A stretch of DNA of 64,000 nt, taken from Podarcis melisellensis. Its lineage: Eukaryota. Shown here one piece after another: positions 48,158 to 62,188 of this stretch. Positions within the stretch are counted from its first letter, which is position 1. Each line of letters opens with the position of its first letter. The stretch lies in NCBI GenBank assembly GCA_964234715.1, contig OZ174284.1. The stretch is one strand, 5' to 3'. Made by a program: the position numbers and the translations under genes. The notes beneath the pieces were generated by a model that saw nothing but the letters and a program-made list of their open reading frames with translations, did no database searches and had not been told where the DNA came from.

Positions 48158-48723
48158 AGCTGCTCCTGAATTATCCAAAGATCACAGGGCGATTTACAAC
48201 AATATGAAATAGTTTCACTTTGAATTGTCTAGTTTTTGTGATTTTACTGGTCTTATCTCCCCCCCCTTAAGTAAAGCTATATAATATGTTAGATGGGGGA
48301 GGGGTTTGAATCAAGACATGCTCTAGCATGTCGTCATGTGGAAATATACCTAAAAATGAGTGCCAGGGACACTGCAAGCATGAATTAAATGGCTAGCATG
48401 GAAGTGCCCAAAAATGAAGAATTCTGTGCACTCTTGAAACAAAAACCTTCTTTTTCTGCAGTGGACCAGAAAGTATCCACCAAATTCTATGCATTTTAAC
48501 TCAGAAGCAAATACCATTTTGTTCAATGAGTCTTATACTTTCCAGGTAGGATTGCAGCCTCACGGGAGACCTTTACCAGAATAAAGTGAGTATTAATAGG
48601 ACTGACTATATTACAGAACTCATAATTGAACTGACTGCAGAGAGACATACTGTATTTAGATGCTTTCACAATTGCAACATACAATACCTTCCCAGTTTTA
48701 GTTAAATTGTAGCAAAAAAGGAT

Positions 48724-48760
48724 AAGGAGTCTTGTGGCACCTGAAAGACTTACCAACTTA
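48724..48760 (-). mobile_element. Penelope-like terminal remnant
   Basis: aggagtcttgtggcacctgaaagac resembles ccagtagcaccttaaagac in the 50192 element. Confidence 0.45.
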
Positions 48761-50030
48761 AGTGGATACAGTGGATAGACAACTATCACGGGCGTGACTT
48801 CTTCCATCACTGCAGCTTTGTGATGGGAAAAGCTGTGCCACTTAGTGAATTTTGCCACTAACAAAATTCTTAAAGCTGCGGGATCAGAGCATGTTCATTC
48901 ATTGAGCTTGGTGATATTAGCATATGGATTATTTAGGGTTTCTATGGATCTTACATTGTAATTTGTAATAAATGGCGCCAGCATTGTGCTAGAGAAATTG
49001 ATGGCTCAGTAAATAGTCTGTTTGGAAGATATATTTTTCTATGGCAGTTGTGGGGCATCAAACATGACATGCTCACTTTTTATTGGCAATGAAAATGTTA
49101 CATATATAATCAAGATAGTAATTCAGTGAAGGACTCACAGTACCTTCCCTATTGTTCTTTACTTCCTGACTGATATTTTTAGAGCAGAGGCAGATTAGTG
49201 ATTCATCAGGAAACAAGTTAGATTATAGTTTAATAGAGCTCCAGTGATGCTATCACATTGCAGGGGATTCAGTTCCCCATGTAAGTTTAAATGAGATTCC
49301 CACCCATCTTTCTGTTTTCACTTGTTTCTTTTGCGTTAGCGAAAAAAGAGTAGTTTTCCACCCAGGGGACACAGCAGTCAAGAAGAGAAATATAGGTAGA
49401 ACCCCTTGGAACATCATAAGAAGAAAAGAAAAGAGAACAAGAATGTGGTATGGGGTGGAATGAAAAGTTGAAATGTGATTATACATTTTTTTGACATAAA
49501 TAGGAGTTTCTTTAAAGTATCTTATTTCTTACTAGTTTTTCAACTCTTCAGGGACAAACCGTGATTCTTGCCTTAACACCACAAGGATTAATTATGCACA
49601 CAGGGAGTACAGTGCATAGAGAAAATCAGAAAGTGGCATAAGATGCAAAACAGTGCGTTTTAGTAGCTTTGGATAACAATACTAAAGTGTGACACAGTCC
49701 TCTTCTGGGTCAAACCGCATGTTTTATGCAAATACCTCTGATGAAGCTTGACAGGGTTTGTTTGTTTCTTTAATGAAAGGAAGCATTGGAAGGATGCATT
49801 TTTGAATGAAGGCGTGGGGGTAGCCAGCGAGCCTGGCACTAGCATGGTCTCTGGGCGTTAGCGAAAACCAAGTCGAAACAGATTTGCCTTGGGATGATCA
49901 CAGGGCTACAAGCGACTGTTCAAGACAGGTTTTGGGATAGTAATAAGGGGAGAAAGGGTAACTGGAGAGCTACAGTAGATGTTAGAGAAACAGAGCCTGA
50001 ACAATTATTTACAAGATGCTACAGTATAAA

Positions 50031-50180
50031 GTGGCTTAGTCATGCTCGCCACATGACCCGGAAAAACTGCCTGCGGACAAACGCCAGCTCCCTTGGCCTA
50101 TAGAGCGAGATGAGTGCGCAACCCCAGAGTTGTCAGCGACTGGACCTTATGGTCAGGGGTCCCTTTACCTTTACCTTTAC
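50031..50180 (+). mobile_element. Sauria SINE, 5'-truncated
   Basis: 3' part with (ACCTTT)n tail; TSD taca(g/a)tataaa. Confidence 0.9.
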
Positions 50181-50191
50181 AATATAAATTG

Positions 50192-50440
50192 GTCAAAACA
50201 AAAAAAAATTCTTCCAGTAGCACCTTAAAGACCAACTAAGTTAGTTCTTGGTATGAGCTTTCGTGTGCATGCACACTTCTTCAGATTCGTGTGCATGCAC
50301 ACTTCTTCTTCCTATCTGAAGAAGTGTGCATGCACACGAAAGCTCATACCAAGAACTAACTTAGTTGGTCTTTAAGGTGCTACTGGAAGGAATTTTTTTT
50401 GTTTTGACTATGGCAGACCAACACGGCTACCTATCTGTAA
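50192..50440. mobile_element. Penelope-like retroelement remnant in inverted (foldback) arrangement with minimal hammerhead motifs
   Basis: 95-bp arms at 50192-50286 and 50314-50408 are nearly perfectly complementary; each carries CTGAAGA-A-GTGTGCATGCACAC-GAAA-GC-TC. Confidence 0.82.
50313..50348 (+). ncRNA. Minimal type I hammerhead ribozyme motif (mirror copy on the minus strand at about 50252-50286)
   Basis: Core CUGAAGA 50316-50322, helix II 50324-50337, GAAA 50338-50341, palindromic AGCU in place of helix III, UC site at 50344-50345, residual helix I UAU/AUA. Confidence 0.65.
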
Positions 50441-51117
50441 GTATAAGTTGGTAGCAGACATCATAGAAATAGGACTGGGAGACTTCCATGTCAGACTGAG
50501 CTGAAGGTCATGGGTTAGATATGAGTCAGTTCTAGATGACAAAGTATTGATTGAAATAAAATTGCTGCATAAATTTGTTTTCTCAGTGTCTGCAGTTCTA
50601 TTCAGTCTGTATAAACCAGACTCATCTAAATCATATGATACAAAATATTTACTGTATTTCAGGATCAATACCTATATCATCCCAGTACTGTCCCAATTAC
50701 TGCAATTGGAACTGCAGATATTACACAATAAACTGAAAGTGATTCATTAAAAAAAATCAGATCATTGGGCTGGTGAGGCATGTATAATATAGAAACATGC
50801 TCAGTGTTTATGTGTACAGTTTAAATGCTAGAGAGCAAGGGAAAGGGGTAATGCCTTACATTTTGTCTCAAGCTGTTAAGAATCTGATATATAAGATGAA
50901 CTAACATGCAGTAACCTACCCACAACAATTGTTTCACATATTTCCATTTGCAAGTTCTGCTGCAGTTGCGCAGAAACATGAATTTATCAAACTAAATATA
51001 TTTGTAATTATTAGCGTTACATTTTGTCAGGTTTTCAAATTCAGAGTCTAATGGACTGAGTTCTGGGACTGGGTTGCAATATTCTTGTCCTTAATAAACT
51101 TACTTTATGATGCACAG

Positions 51118-51227
51118 CAGGTGTGGGAAACATTTGGACCTCCAGATGTTGTTGAACACGCTAATGGCACAGGATGATGGGAGTTATAGTTCAGCAACAA
51201 CTGGGAGCCCAAAGATTCCCACACCTG
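51118..51227. mobile_element. Short hAT-like MITE
   Basis: Perfect 12-bp TIR CAGGTGTGGGAA / TTCCCACACCTG. Confidence 0.7.
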
Positions 51228-53983
51228 GCATACAGCTTGCAGCTAGTTAGAAAAGAAAGCTCAGATGATGATGATAAGCAGCACCTTGTAAAGTTCCCTT
51301 GGCTGTAAACTTTTCCAGATATCGTTCAGAGTTATGTCATCATAGACAGTATTAGTTAAATGGCATGCCAGTTGTGCAACAGCATTCAGCGATGGATGCA
51401 CTGTCTAAGGAAAGCATCCCATTTCATCAGGTATGAAATACAGCTCATCTGTCGCTCAGAAAATGCAGTATCTCTGCAACAGAAGAATGACCTCAAGATA
51501 GAAGGCACTAGACTATGCACAGCAAATGAGTAAGCAAATTTGCATTTGTTGTGCTAAAAATCCAATTGATAATGCTTTGATAAATATCTACAAAAGACAG
51601 ACATATCCTTGTGCAAGAACCTCCACATGCTTGCATTGACCTTGTCTCAATTATGTCGGATTCAGTGGTAATATTAGGGGTGGGTAGGATGAATGTGATA
51701 TGATGTCATAAAACTCTTTCCACGTCAAATAGGTTTTTACAGTCACAAAACCTTGCCACTTGCAGCATGTCTCAGAAGAAAGAGGTGGAAAGCAGATATG
51801 GCTTGTTGGGCGCAATCAGCAGTTGTGGTTCCCGCTTTGGCTATCCGCTACCAATACAGTGGTTTTTTTCCAGCAGAAGGGGAAGAAAGGAGGGCATTTT
51901 TAGAGGAGACACATGGCCACCTTCGCTCTCTAGTAAACCTACCTAAGTTTGGATGGACAGGTTCAAGACTTGAATGCTTATTGGCAGACAATAAACTCTA
52001 CGGCTTCAAAAACACCGAAATAAGTACAGTAGCTACACTTTCATATACGTACTCCTGTGGAGTCCTGAAAACAGATTGAATAGGAGCAGTGGGTGAGCTC
52101 TACCTTTCTTTCACTGTCTTCGAAATATCCCACCTTCTCTTGGCTGCAAACTACTTTGAAGCCACTGGCTGAATTGTAGATCCTTAAGATTTCCTCAGGA
52201 AGAAAGCTCAGTTGGCTCTGCGGCTCTTACTCGGCAGAAAACAACAACAACCCTACTTGATATTGTGTGGAAAGTTCACCTTTTAAAACTTGCTGGATCA
52301 GTTTCTATCTTTATCCAAAGCTTATCAAATGCCTCTTCTTTTTGTTGGTCTCTCTGATCTGGGAACTGTCGTATCGTGTGCTGCTATCATAAATTATTAA
52401 TTGGTGTTATAATTCAGTAGGCTCTATTTTTGAAGTTTGATTAATTCACTGCCTTTTTGCTTTATTATTTTAACTGCAGTGAGCCATGCTCAGATTAATA
52501 TTTAGCATTGAAATCTCAGCCCTCTGGCATCACATCTCAAACTGAGTTCAAAGATTTATTGTTTATTTAAAAGATTTATATCCCATCTTTTCATTGAAGT
52601 GGTCCTTAAGGTGGTTTACAACCGAAGAAAATACACAATGGAATAAAAAGCTTTTAAACTCCTCTCTTGGTGGTAGAAAGTTTGTTTTGTAGTCTTATAG
52701 AATGGTATATAAGTAAAAGACAATCTGGAGGGTTCCCTAAAATAATTTACCACCCAAAATTTAAATGCTAATTTTCTATGAATATTCTCTGAGTATTCAG
52801 TTTGAAATAGTGGGGTCTTTCATATTGAAGTTTATTCTCAAATGGAGCTTTGTATTAAAGTCAAATTTCATTTTGCATAGTTAAGAATAAAAAGATTATA
52901 TTTCTATGTATGATTGCCCACTTCATATCATTGACTGGTGAGGCCAGGAGACACACAACATGATATGTCTTACTCCATGAAGTTCAAAGTGAGGTACCTT
53001 TGGCCTTCCAAATGTTGCTGAATTAGAACTCTTAATGGCCCTAGAAAGTATGACCAATGGCCAGAGATGAGGGGAGCTGTAATTCATCAACATCTGGAGG
53101 GCAAAATGTTCCCTACACATTGCATACATGGTTCTCTCTAGCCCTTTTTTAGCACAACAATCTATGTGGTTGGTTATGCTGAGATAGGGTAGGTTAGTTA
53201 GAGTCTCCCCAGATGTGCTCACTTAGTAAGTTATTATCATCCTATGCATACCCCAAGGTCCATTCAGAAGGGGTGCAGGAGAATGACTGCACAACAGTTC
53301 AACAGCAACAATCCAGTGAGACACCCGAACTCGTAGCTGAACAGGATCTATGCCATATACACCTTGCACCTGAAGCAGTGGTCTCCTTTGTGTACATTAG
53401 TATACTTGAATAAAATAGCTGCTGCATTAAGATTCACCTTATCCTAATGCATTTTTAAGGTGTATCGTCTGCCTGTAATAAAGCTAATTGATGTTACTCA
53501 GCATCCTTATGCGGTGTATCAGAAATGTCAAGGATGGCAATTCTTTCTGACTCACTCTGGCTATCAGATACCTATGCTGATAGAAAATAACCCTGCAGGA
53601 ATCTATTTTTGTAGCCATGGAGAGAAGCAATATAAGCTGGAAGGGGCCAAGCTAGTACACACCACAGAAGAGCCTTCCTTGCCCTCATGCACTCAAGATG
53701 TGCTGGACTACAACTGTAGTCCTAACTGCTGTGCAAGCCATTTCCTGCCCATTGTGACCACACATATAGAGAGAGCCATGGAGGCTGTTTGGCAGGACAA
53801 AATCAAAGTGAGGGGTTCATTTGCTTAACTTCTAGTCTGCACAATATTTGCTCTGCAAATGTATTATTGTGGGATGGATGTGTGAACCCTATTGGTTCCA
53901 GTCTATCATCAATTTGGATTTGCCAGTTACTCTTTCTGGACCTCTACTGGTCCTCAGTTTGTTATTATGGATCTGTGTATGTA

Positions 53984-54227
53984 CAGTGGTACCTCGGGTT
54001 AAGTACTTAATTCGTTCCGGAGGTCCGTACTTAACCTGAAACTGTTCTTAACCTGAAGCACCACTTTAGCTAATGGGGCCTCCTGCTGCTGCCGCGCCGC
54101 TGGAGCACGATTTCTGTTCTTATCCTGAAGCAAAGTTCTTAACCTGAAGCACTATTTCTGGGTTAGCGGAGTCTGTAACCTGAAGCATATGTAACCTGAA
54201 GCGTATGTAATCCGAGGTACCACGCTG
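53984..54227. mobile_element. Tc1/mariner MITE
   Basis: TA|CAGTGGTACCTCGGGTT...GAGGTACCACgcTG|TA, same family and orientation as 4718-4959. Confidence 0.9.
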
Positions 54228-55479
54228 TATTCTGCAAGGGTGAAGGGGGAGGGGAAAGTAAGGAGAAACTGATATTACTATCTACCTTCATTGACCCATA
54301 TGATTAAAGTAACAAACTACAACTCACATTTTTAAGTGTTTGGAGGTTTCAGAAATCACCAAAGACAAAAGCAAGCAAACTCTGGGATCACTTGCACAGG
54401 GAAAAATAATTGGGTAGAATTCAATGTGAGGAGATTGTTCCATCAGTGAAAGCATTTCTGCTTGCCCAATGGACAAAGAATATATTTGAAATAAGATGCT
54501 TAAATCATTACTGAAATAAATACCTCAATGTGTTGGGTACTATCCTCCCTTGCTTTGCTACAGAGGAGGAAGGTGAAAATTGAAGGGAAAGGGAGGAGCC
54601 AGAGCTGACCAAGGTATTTTGCTGCCTGAGGCAGAATAGCAAATGGTACCATGTCCCCGCAGCAAATGAAGGTGCATAGTACTTCAGCCCAGACCAAGTT
54701 ATTTGGGCACATGAGACAGAAAACCCCACAAGCATCTCTCCTACTCCCTGGCAATAAAGTACAATAATTACAGTTTAAAGAGCTTGACAATTTGCTACCC
54801 TTTCATGTCCAAAATCTGCTGCCTAAGGTGGATGCCTCACCTTACCTCATAGTAGGGCCAGTCAGGATTACATACCACTATGCCTATTTGGTCCTTCCTT
54901 GCAACTTTCTTAGGGAAAAGCCTCAATTTTCTCCCTCAAAAGATCTTCCAAGGCAGCCATTTAAATAAATAAATGAATGTTTTCCAGGCAAGTCAAAATG
55001 GGTTCACTGTCGCTGTTCACCAGTCAGCTTGCGAATTGTGGACTTACGTTTCTTTTTGACAAATATCTGGTAATGAGAAGAAAGAAGGTGTTTTGTTTTC
55101 TGAGAATTATCTTAAAAAGAGCTGAGATCCCACAGTGTGTGTGAAGAGAAAGCTTACGCTGAAAATAGTATTTAGAGACAGTGGTTGTGTGTAACCAATC
55201 AATGATGCACACACAGTCCCTGGCCTGGGAAGTGTTTCTCTTCTCCCACCCCTGCATGTACAGTACCACACAGCCTTAAGGTTTTTAGAAGAACTAATGA
55301 TATTTCAGTATGGGTTAAAATTGAATGGGAGAGGGAGAGAGATGGTACTGTAGGACCCCCCTCTGCTGCAAGACCAACAATTTTTGGCTTATCTCCTTGA
55401 AATCACTTCGTTCTACCTGGTCAAACTCTGAAACGTAAGGAACAGTGTCTTGAGTTTGCCTATTTTCTCCTCCTGCTCA

Positions 55480-55600
55480 ATCCCTTTTCATTTTGTGCCA
55501 TGTCTTTTAGATGCTCACTCTGAGGGCAGGGACTGTCTCATGACTGTCATTTATAAACCGCTTTGGGAGTCCTTATTCCAAAACAAAGAAATAAACAAAT
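55480..55600 (+). mobile_element. Old L2-type 3' end
   Basis: tagatg...tgagggcagggactgtctc...aaaccgctttggga motif. Confidence 0.45.
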
Positions 55601-58600
55601 GCATAAATACAATCTGACAGACCACTGAGACAAAGCCACAAAGCAGGGCATTACATCTTCATGGTCTCAGTGCCAATGTAAAAGGCAAATTTTTGTTATT
55701 TATTTGTTTTACAGACAGTGCCTCTGGAGGTATTCTGTGCATTGGGCTACCTAAGCCACAGCTTGCACATCTGGGGAGACAATTTATAAGCGATATAACA
55801 GAAGACTATGCAATTAATGCCTTCAGTAAAGCTATGCTATTATGTCTACTAAAATCATCAAATGGCCTATAAGGGAAATCAAGCATCTGTCAAATGGCCA
55901 TATTTTAAAATCTAGGTATGGTCTTACAACAACCAAGGAAGTAACAGATGGATGAAAGGCTTGACTTTCCCGCACAGTCTTATTATAAAAAGCCTGAATT
56001 CTTAGTGATAGGACTCAAGAATAGGTATATTTGCATTTGGCATAGTTTTTGCGTTTAAATATGAAAGAATGATGATCCTATAGTAATATGCTATCATCCA
56101 GCTGTGATACTAGCTTCTGAAATGAATTCATAGTGTGGTGGCAAAATGTAACTGTGTTCCTTTTGAATGCATTACTAATAATTATGAGAGAGAAGAACTT
56201 ACTATTAGGATCTCGCACAATAATGCATGCACTTTATTTAAAAAATGAGTTCACAGTAACAGAATCATATTATTATATGCATTTCCTATAGTTTTATAGC
56301 AGTTATTTGCTGATTGCATTAAATATATACACCCACACACACACCCCTTTTGTTTCTTCTTTTACAGATAACCCCAAATATAAAACTCTCTGCTTAGGCA
56401 GGAATATACAGAATACATTATTTTAGCATTCCTCTGTCTTGGCCTACTTAGCAGGCATATGAATAATAGCTCCCTTTCTCTCTAGAACTATTCTTTGTAA
56501 CTGGGTATTCTGGGAACTAGTATTAAACTTAGCAATCCACAAACACCATAAAAGCCTCGCACGCCGCAACAGAAACATCACTCTCTGAAACTGGGTGCAT
56601 CAAACAATCTTAACAACTACGGTTGCCTCCCCACGGATTCTTTCTCAAAAGTTGCTATGTTTAACTCATTCGCTTTTTATGGAGTATGCAAACATTGCTA
56701 TCAAACCATTACAGTTCCAGTGTTTTCTGTGTTGCACTCCTGTGTTATTTGTGTGTGCTATAAAACACAATTGCAACATCAGCCTGTCCAGTGCAGGTAG
56801 CAAGCTGTTAGTTTCAGAGCTCCTGTACCTTTCTGTACCTTTCAGAGCTCCTGCACCTTGGATTAGAAGTCTCCTGTTTGCAGTTTCAGCCCATTCTAAT
56901 GAGCAAAGAAACAAATTCTTGGCGATGGCTGGTGGATTACTGATGAATAGTCTTTTTATTGTTAACTGAATTATTTCTCTTAATAGTCGTAGTGTAAAAA
57001 CTTAGGGTCATCCCAAGGAAGCTGAATAGTGTTGAATAGTGTGAGTTTCAGGACAGCCAGAATTGAGTACTTTTCCTCACAGCACATAGACTGTGAAATT
57101 CACTACCACATGTTGTGCTGAGTGCAATCACCTTAGATAGCTATAAAGGTGGATTGGGGCAATTAAAAGGCTATATATTGCTGTTATATGCTATATATCA
57201 CTACCCCAACCATGATCAAGAGAAATAAAAACAGAATAGGCAAGAACTGCACAGAGGAAACTTTGAAATGATTGTTAGAAAGGACTTATGCTGAATGGGA
57301 CTTACTTTGTTTTAGAAAGTTCTTGAACATGGGGAAATGAATCATCAGATAATACCATCTTTATTAAGTGCTATGTTGAATGCTCATATTATGTATTTAT
57401 AATATTTCTATCCTGCCTTTCAAGATCCTTACAGCATAGGCCCATTCCAGCTAATTCAAGCAAAGCAATGCTTCAGCAGTGCTAAAGGTCTCCAGTGTGG
57501 AAGAACAATCTGGTTCTATCACTTCAGATCAGGAGAAACCTGATAAGAAAAATGCCCAGTCATCTGAAACAGCTGAGAAATAAAATAATACATGGGTGTA
57601 CTTCTAGCAAGCATTATATAAACTGCTCGTGCACCTGCAGTCATATTAGGTAAAGAAGAGGTATCCAAGCATAAAATAAAACAGTTACTATGATTACAGC
57701 ACAGTTCTCTCTACAGGGTTGTCGCACACTGATGAGGTAATATCAGGAGGGGCTATGGAGCAAGCAAGTGATGCCTTCAGGTGTTGTGGAGCACAACTCC
57801 CACCAGCCCCAGCCAAGATGGTGAATGGTCAGGGATAACAGGGGAGCTGTAAGCACAACAGCATCTGAAGGGCAGCACATTGATATCACATCACTGGAGT
57901 CTCGCCTTCACTTCAGAGGACAAATCCTCTTTGGAGCAGTGGTAAATTCTGAAGTGCCGTTGCTCTTCATGGCAATCCCCACAGCTACACCCTTCCTAAG
58001 AATACACAACAAAAAAAATGAACTTTTGACCAATGCAGACATGCTGGCTTTAATACCAAGTAAGATGTCTTTATGTTTATAGGTTTTATAGCCCCCCCCC
58101 ACCTCATTCCACACACTTGGGCTCTTGTAGCAGGTCAGCACAAAGGCAATGAACAGATATAACAAATACATTTTAAAACCAATAGTCACAAAACATTACA
58201 ATCGTTCATTCTGAGCACACTGTTTCCCAAAGGCCTGCTAAGACAGAGGCCTTCAGTTGCCACCAAAAAATATTCAGAGTCGGGGACAACCAAAGCTTAC
58301 AGGGGGGAGTTTTACAGATCTGGAGTGTTATTGCTAAGAAGGCAGTAGAAGGGGTTGCTGAGGGAATGAGTTATTTGAGCAATGCTGTTCAACAGCAATA
58401 GACACCAACGAAGAAAGAGGAGTATGCTGAATCCCATTTTTCTTGAGACACATTTTCAGATACTTTCCTGCTCTTTGTTAGGCACCCAGCCCTTTTCAGT
58501 TATGATGAACATGAAGTAGCTGACTGTATTGAACACTTCACTGGCTAGTTAAGCATGCAGATAATTGTGGGATTTTAAACACCACCACCCCATATGTGCT

Positions 58601-60043
58601 GCAGGTAAATCCTACGAAAGCCCATTTAATTAAGTGATTGTAGCAAATCATGTAGAAGACTTTTTGCTGTATTTTAAGCAAACATTACATCCTTAATGCT
58701 TAAGAACTGAACATGTAATCCCTCATTACACAAACACTGCCTTTAGTTACTCAGATATTAAAATTTAATTTTCGTATAAAATCCTTCATTATTCATTTGC
58801 AAAGAGGCATTTGCTTAATTAGAGCCAGTTGGTTCAGTCACAGCAAGTGTAAGGATTCAGTTGAAGATCTTCAGAATATTCAGCTATTGCTGAATCTCCC
58901 TCCCTTGCATTAGAGCAATAGAGGCAAAATTAATTTGTTTATGCTGCATGCAAAGCTTTTACAATCTCTATTTAAAAAGCAATATACAGAGATACTGTAC
59001 AGGGAAAAGTAGTACAGAGCAATTACATAAGTCTCAAATAGTGGCTGAAACCTGAGTCCTAAACTAGATTTTATAAGGTCTGAACTAGTGCCCTAAAACC
59101 AGAGGTTAAGAGAACAATAGCTCCTTATCTCCTACCCATATTTCCCCAATAATGTTTAGTTGAAGAAGATTCATGTCATGGTGACATCATTGCACTCAGA
59201 GCTCCCTGCGCAAGTAGCAGCCAGTGAGGTGGGGTGGGTGAATTTTGAATGTAATGACATGCTATGTTAATGGGGAAGCATTCTATCAGGCTGTGTAGCA
59301 AGGGAGAGAGTAGAAGCAGAGCTATTCCATCAACTTGGGGCCTGGCTTTTCCTCAGTGGTCAACTGGCTACAGACATTCCATCAGGCTGCAGAGCAGGGG
59401 GAGAGATTGAAATTTTGTACATATATCTTGGCTGGAGAACTGAATTGCAGAGTTCATATAAGAATGAATTTTGAAAAGTGGTTGTGTTTTGGTTCTCGTG
59501 TTCATTCCAAATATGAGAATTGGGTAGATTTGCCTTTATATGTTAACTGAATGGAATTTCTCATCCCTAAGTGTACACCTGTAAAAATACTATATATATG
59601 CTGAAGAATGATCTTATCATACTTTGCAATGTAGAGCAGCTGATGTTTGATCCCAGCTTCCCTCCCCAACCCATCCCTGCTTAACTGAGAAGCAGAAACT
59701 CATACGAGCTGAGCAAAGGGAGAGGATTGTGGGGAGCAAAAATGCAGTTGGACATTCTGCACACCCAAGTGAGCAATGAAAAAGCCAATGAAGCAATTTA
59801 GGTAGACTTTTGGATGTAAGTGTATTGCCATTAGCATTTAGTTCCTGTTTTTGTTTTTAAGTTCAGAGTATCATGGTGACTTAGGGGGAATTGCCACGTG
59901 GGCTTATTAAACCAATCATCTGGAAATCCCTCTGATGAGTTCCATTTAGGAGGAACATGGCCTACTTTTCTAGCAGGATAGCCAAGGATTTTGGGAGCTG
60001 GGTGGGCAAAAAGTAAGATGAACCCAGACCTTCTATTACAAAC

Positions 60044-60436
60044 AGGGGTGGGGGGTAAATTGGATTCAGTTAGCATTTAAAGGTGAATGTATTTAATTTG
60101 CCTTTCTCAAAACAATATGTGGACTGAAAAAAAGCTATCTTTCCAACGTTGTACTTGTCTGAATTTCTTCAGTTCTCCTGCCAATGGGTTCAAAAATGCA
60201 CATACTAAGGCAAAGTGTGTGTAAAAATGCATGTATTAGTGAAAATGATTTGCAAAAATGTGTATATTAGGCCACGTCACATACAAATATTAGAAATTTG
60301 CATTAAAATGCTGGTGAGTATTTTTTTAAACAAAAAAATTATGAATATATATTGTGTAGACATGGAGAGCCAAAACTTCAAATTGGAAAAGTGAGAAACA
60401 AAGAGAAACCAAAATTGACATATTCACCCATCCTTA
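60044..60436. mobile_element. Old AT-rich non-autonomous DNA-transposon-like repeat
   Basis: Termini aggggtggg / cccatcctt with internal aaaatg(c/t)(a/g)tata repeats; shorter relative at about 59395-59570. Confidence 0.4.
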
Positions 60437-62188
60437 ACTACCAATCACCCATAGGGTGCCTTCATGATGAAACCTGTAGCCCAAAGTTTAAGAACCATTG
60501 TTCTAATGCAATCTAATGAATTTCACAGGGGAAACCAAGCTCACATCTCCTCTCACTAGGATTACTCTCATGGGTTGCTGAAATGGTTGTTGCCGTATGT
60601 GGAAAATTGCTGGGTTATTTGTGTTCTAAGAGGCCTCTTCTTACAATTCCAGAATTATGAGGAGCTTTGCCAAATCATCGTACATTAATCTTACTTTTAT
60701 CTCATTGAAAATGCATTTAGCATGAAAGGCTTTACCAGCTGCACAGTTCCCCTTCCAACTGTTAACATTAAAAGATTTTGACAGAGCCCTGTCATGGACA
60801 CAGTTCAGCCTGAAGCATCTTTCAGCAGCCACATCCTCTATGGACTCCTGTTAAACATTTGCATAGCTTTTTTTGGTAGAGGAAAAATCAGTGTTGCTCC
60901 ATCAACACTGGAAGCAGTAGCACAGCTAAGTAGTTTTAGACCCTGGATTTACTTGGCCATGAAGGGGAGGCCCCTTATGACCAGTTTTGAAGTGCACAGT
61001 TAATGTTAGTTTTGTTCCATTGTTGCCCAACAAAGAAGAGTTGGGCCCAAGGCGTTCAATACCTCAGAATTACGCGTTCTTCTTTCCTTCCTTATTCAGA
61101 TATCAATTAACAGATCATCAGGTGTGAGCAATATAGCACAGCATTTATTTATAAATGCTGAGTGTTGGTTTTTTTTTTTTAAAGCATACAGTATGTGTAT
61201 TTTTTTCAAGTATAAACAACCGTGTACAACCATGGAAAATGGCAACAAAACTTGTCCTCTTGCCAGTAGTATCCATTATACTCCACCCCAGTCTTCCTAG
61301 TGAGAGACTCCAGAAGTTCCAGGTGCTTTACCCAGCATTCAGCTTCCTTGGAATGAAGGTCAGTGGAGACTGTGGTGTCTTCAGGATATATGGTTTTATT
61401 TACACATATATACAAAGTGAACATCAGATGGGAGTATTAACACAGCATTAACACCCCAAAGGATCTTTCTTCTCCATTCATCACAGCTTTGGACCCAGCA
61501 CAGAGCAAGGCTACATTGTCTTATGTCTACAGCTCTTAGCATTCAGCTTTGCAAGTGAACACTGAGAAAAGAGGGAGCTGTGGACCTCTAGGGCACCTGA
61601 GAAGGAATTATACAACCACAAGGTCCTTTGTTTAAGCCTTTGTTAGACTGAAGGAATAATTCAGTCAGAGAGTAAAATTAAAGGCTTCCTTAACTGGAGT
61701 GTCACACTTGCACAACAAGCCTGCTTCCCCAAAAGAATTGGGCATTTTCAGATGGGGAAAGGGATGGGAAAATACAGTGAACAAAGTGTGCACAACACTT
61801 GCTTGACACCATGTCATCTAACCTTCCTGCAGACAGAAATAAACAACTCATCTGGACATGACCAGAAAGAGAGATAGAGATTCCTGATATGTGGGCCATG
61901 AACAAAAAGCTGCTTATGGGATGCTTTTGCTTTTGCAGCTGTCATAGAAAGATTCTGGAATTCATGCTTTTAATTTTGACTTCACATGTTGTGAATAAAG
62001 CCGACGGGGTGTGTGTGTGTGTGAGAGAGAGAGAGCTATCCTGGACCACAGCTCAGTCTCTCTAGTTTTAAATGTCAGGACTTAGTAATAAAAATGTATA
62101 AATAGAATTCACCAGGATAGATCATAGAGGAGAGCAAAGAGATGGTTTCTATTTGCTTGAATTCTCACATTCAGTTGAGTGATATTGC

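Noticed and set aside
51517-51554. Small hairpin enclosing an octamer ATTTGCAT
   Set aside because: Too short and isolated to distinguish from chance.
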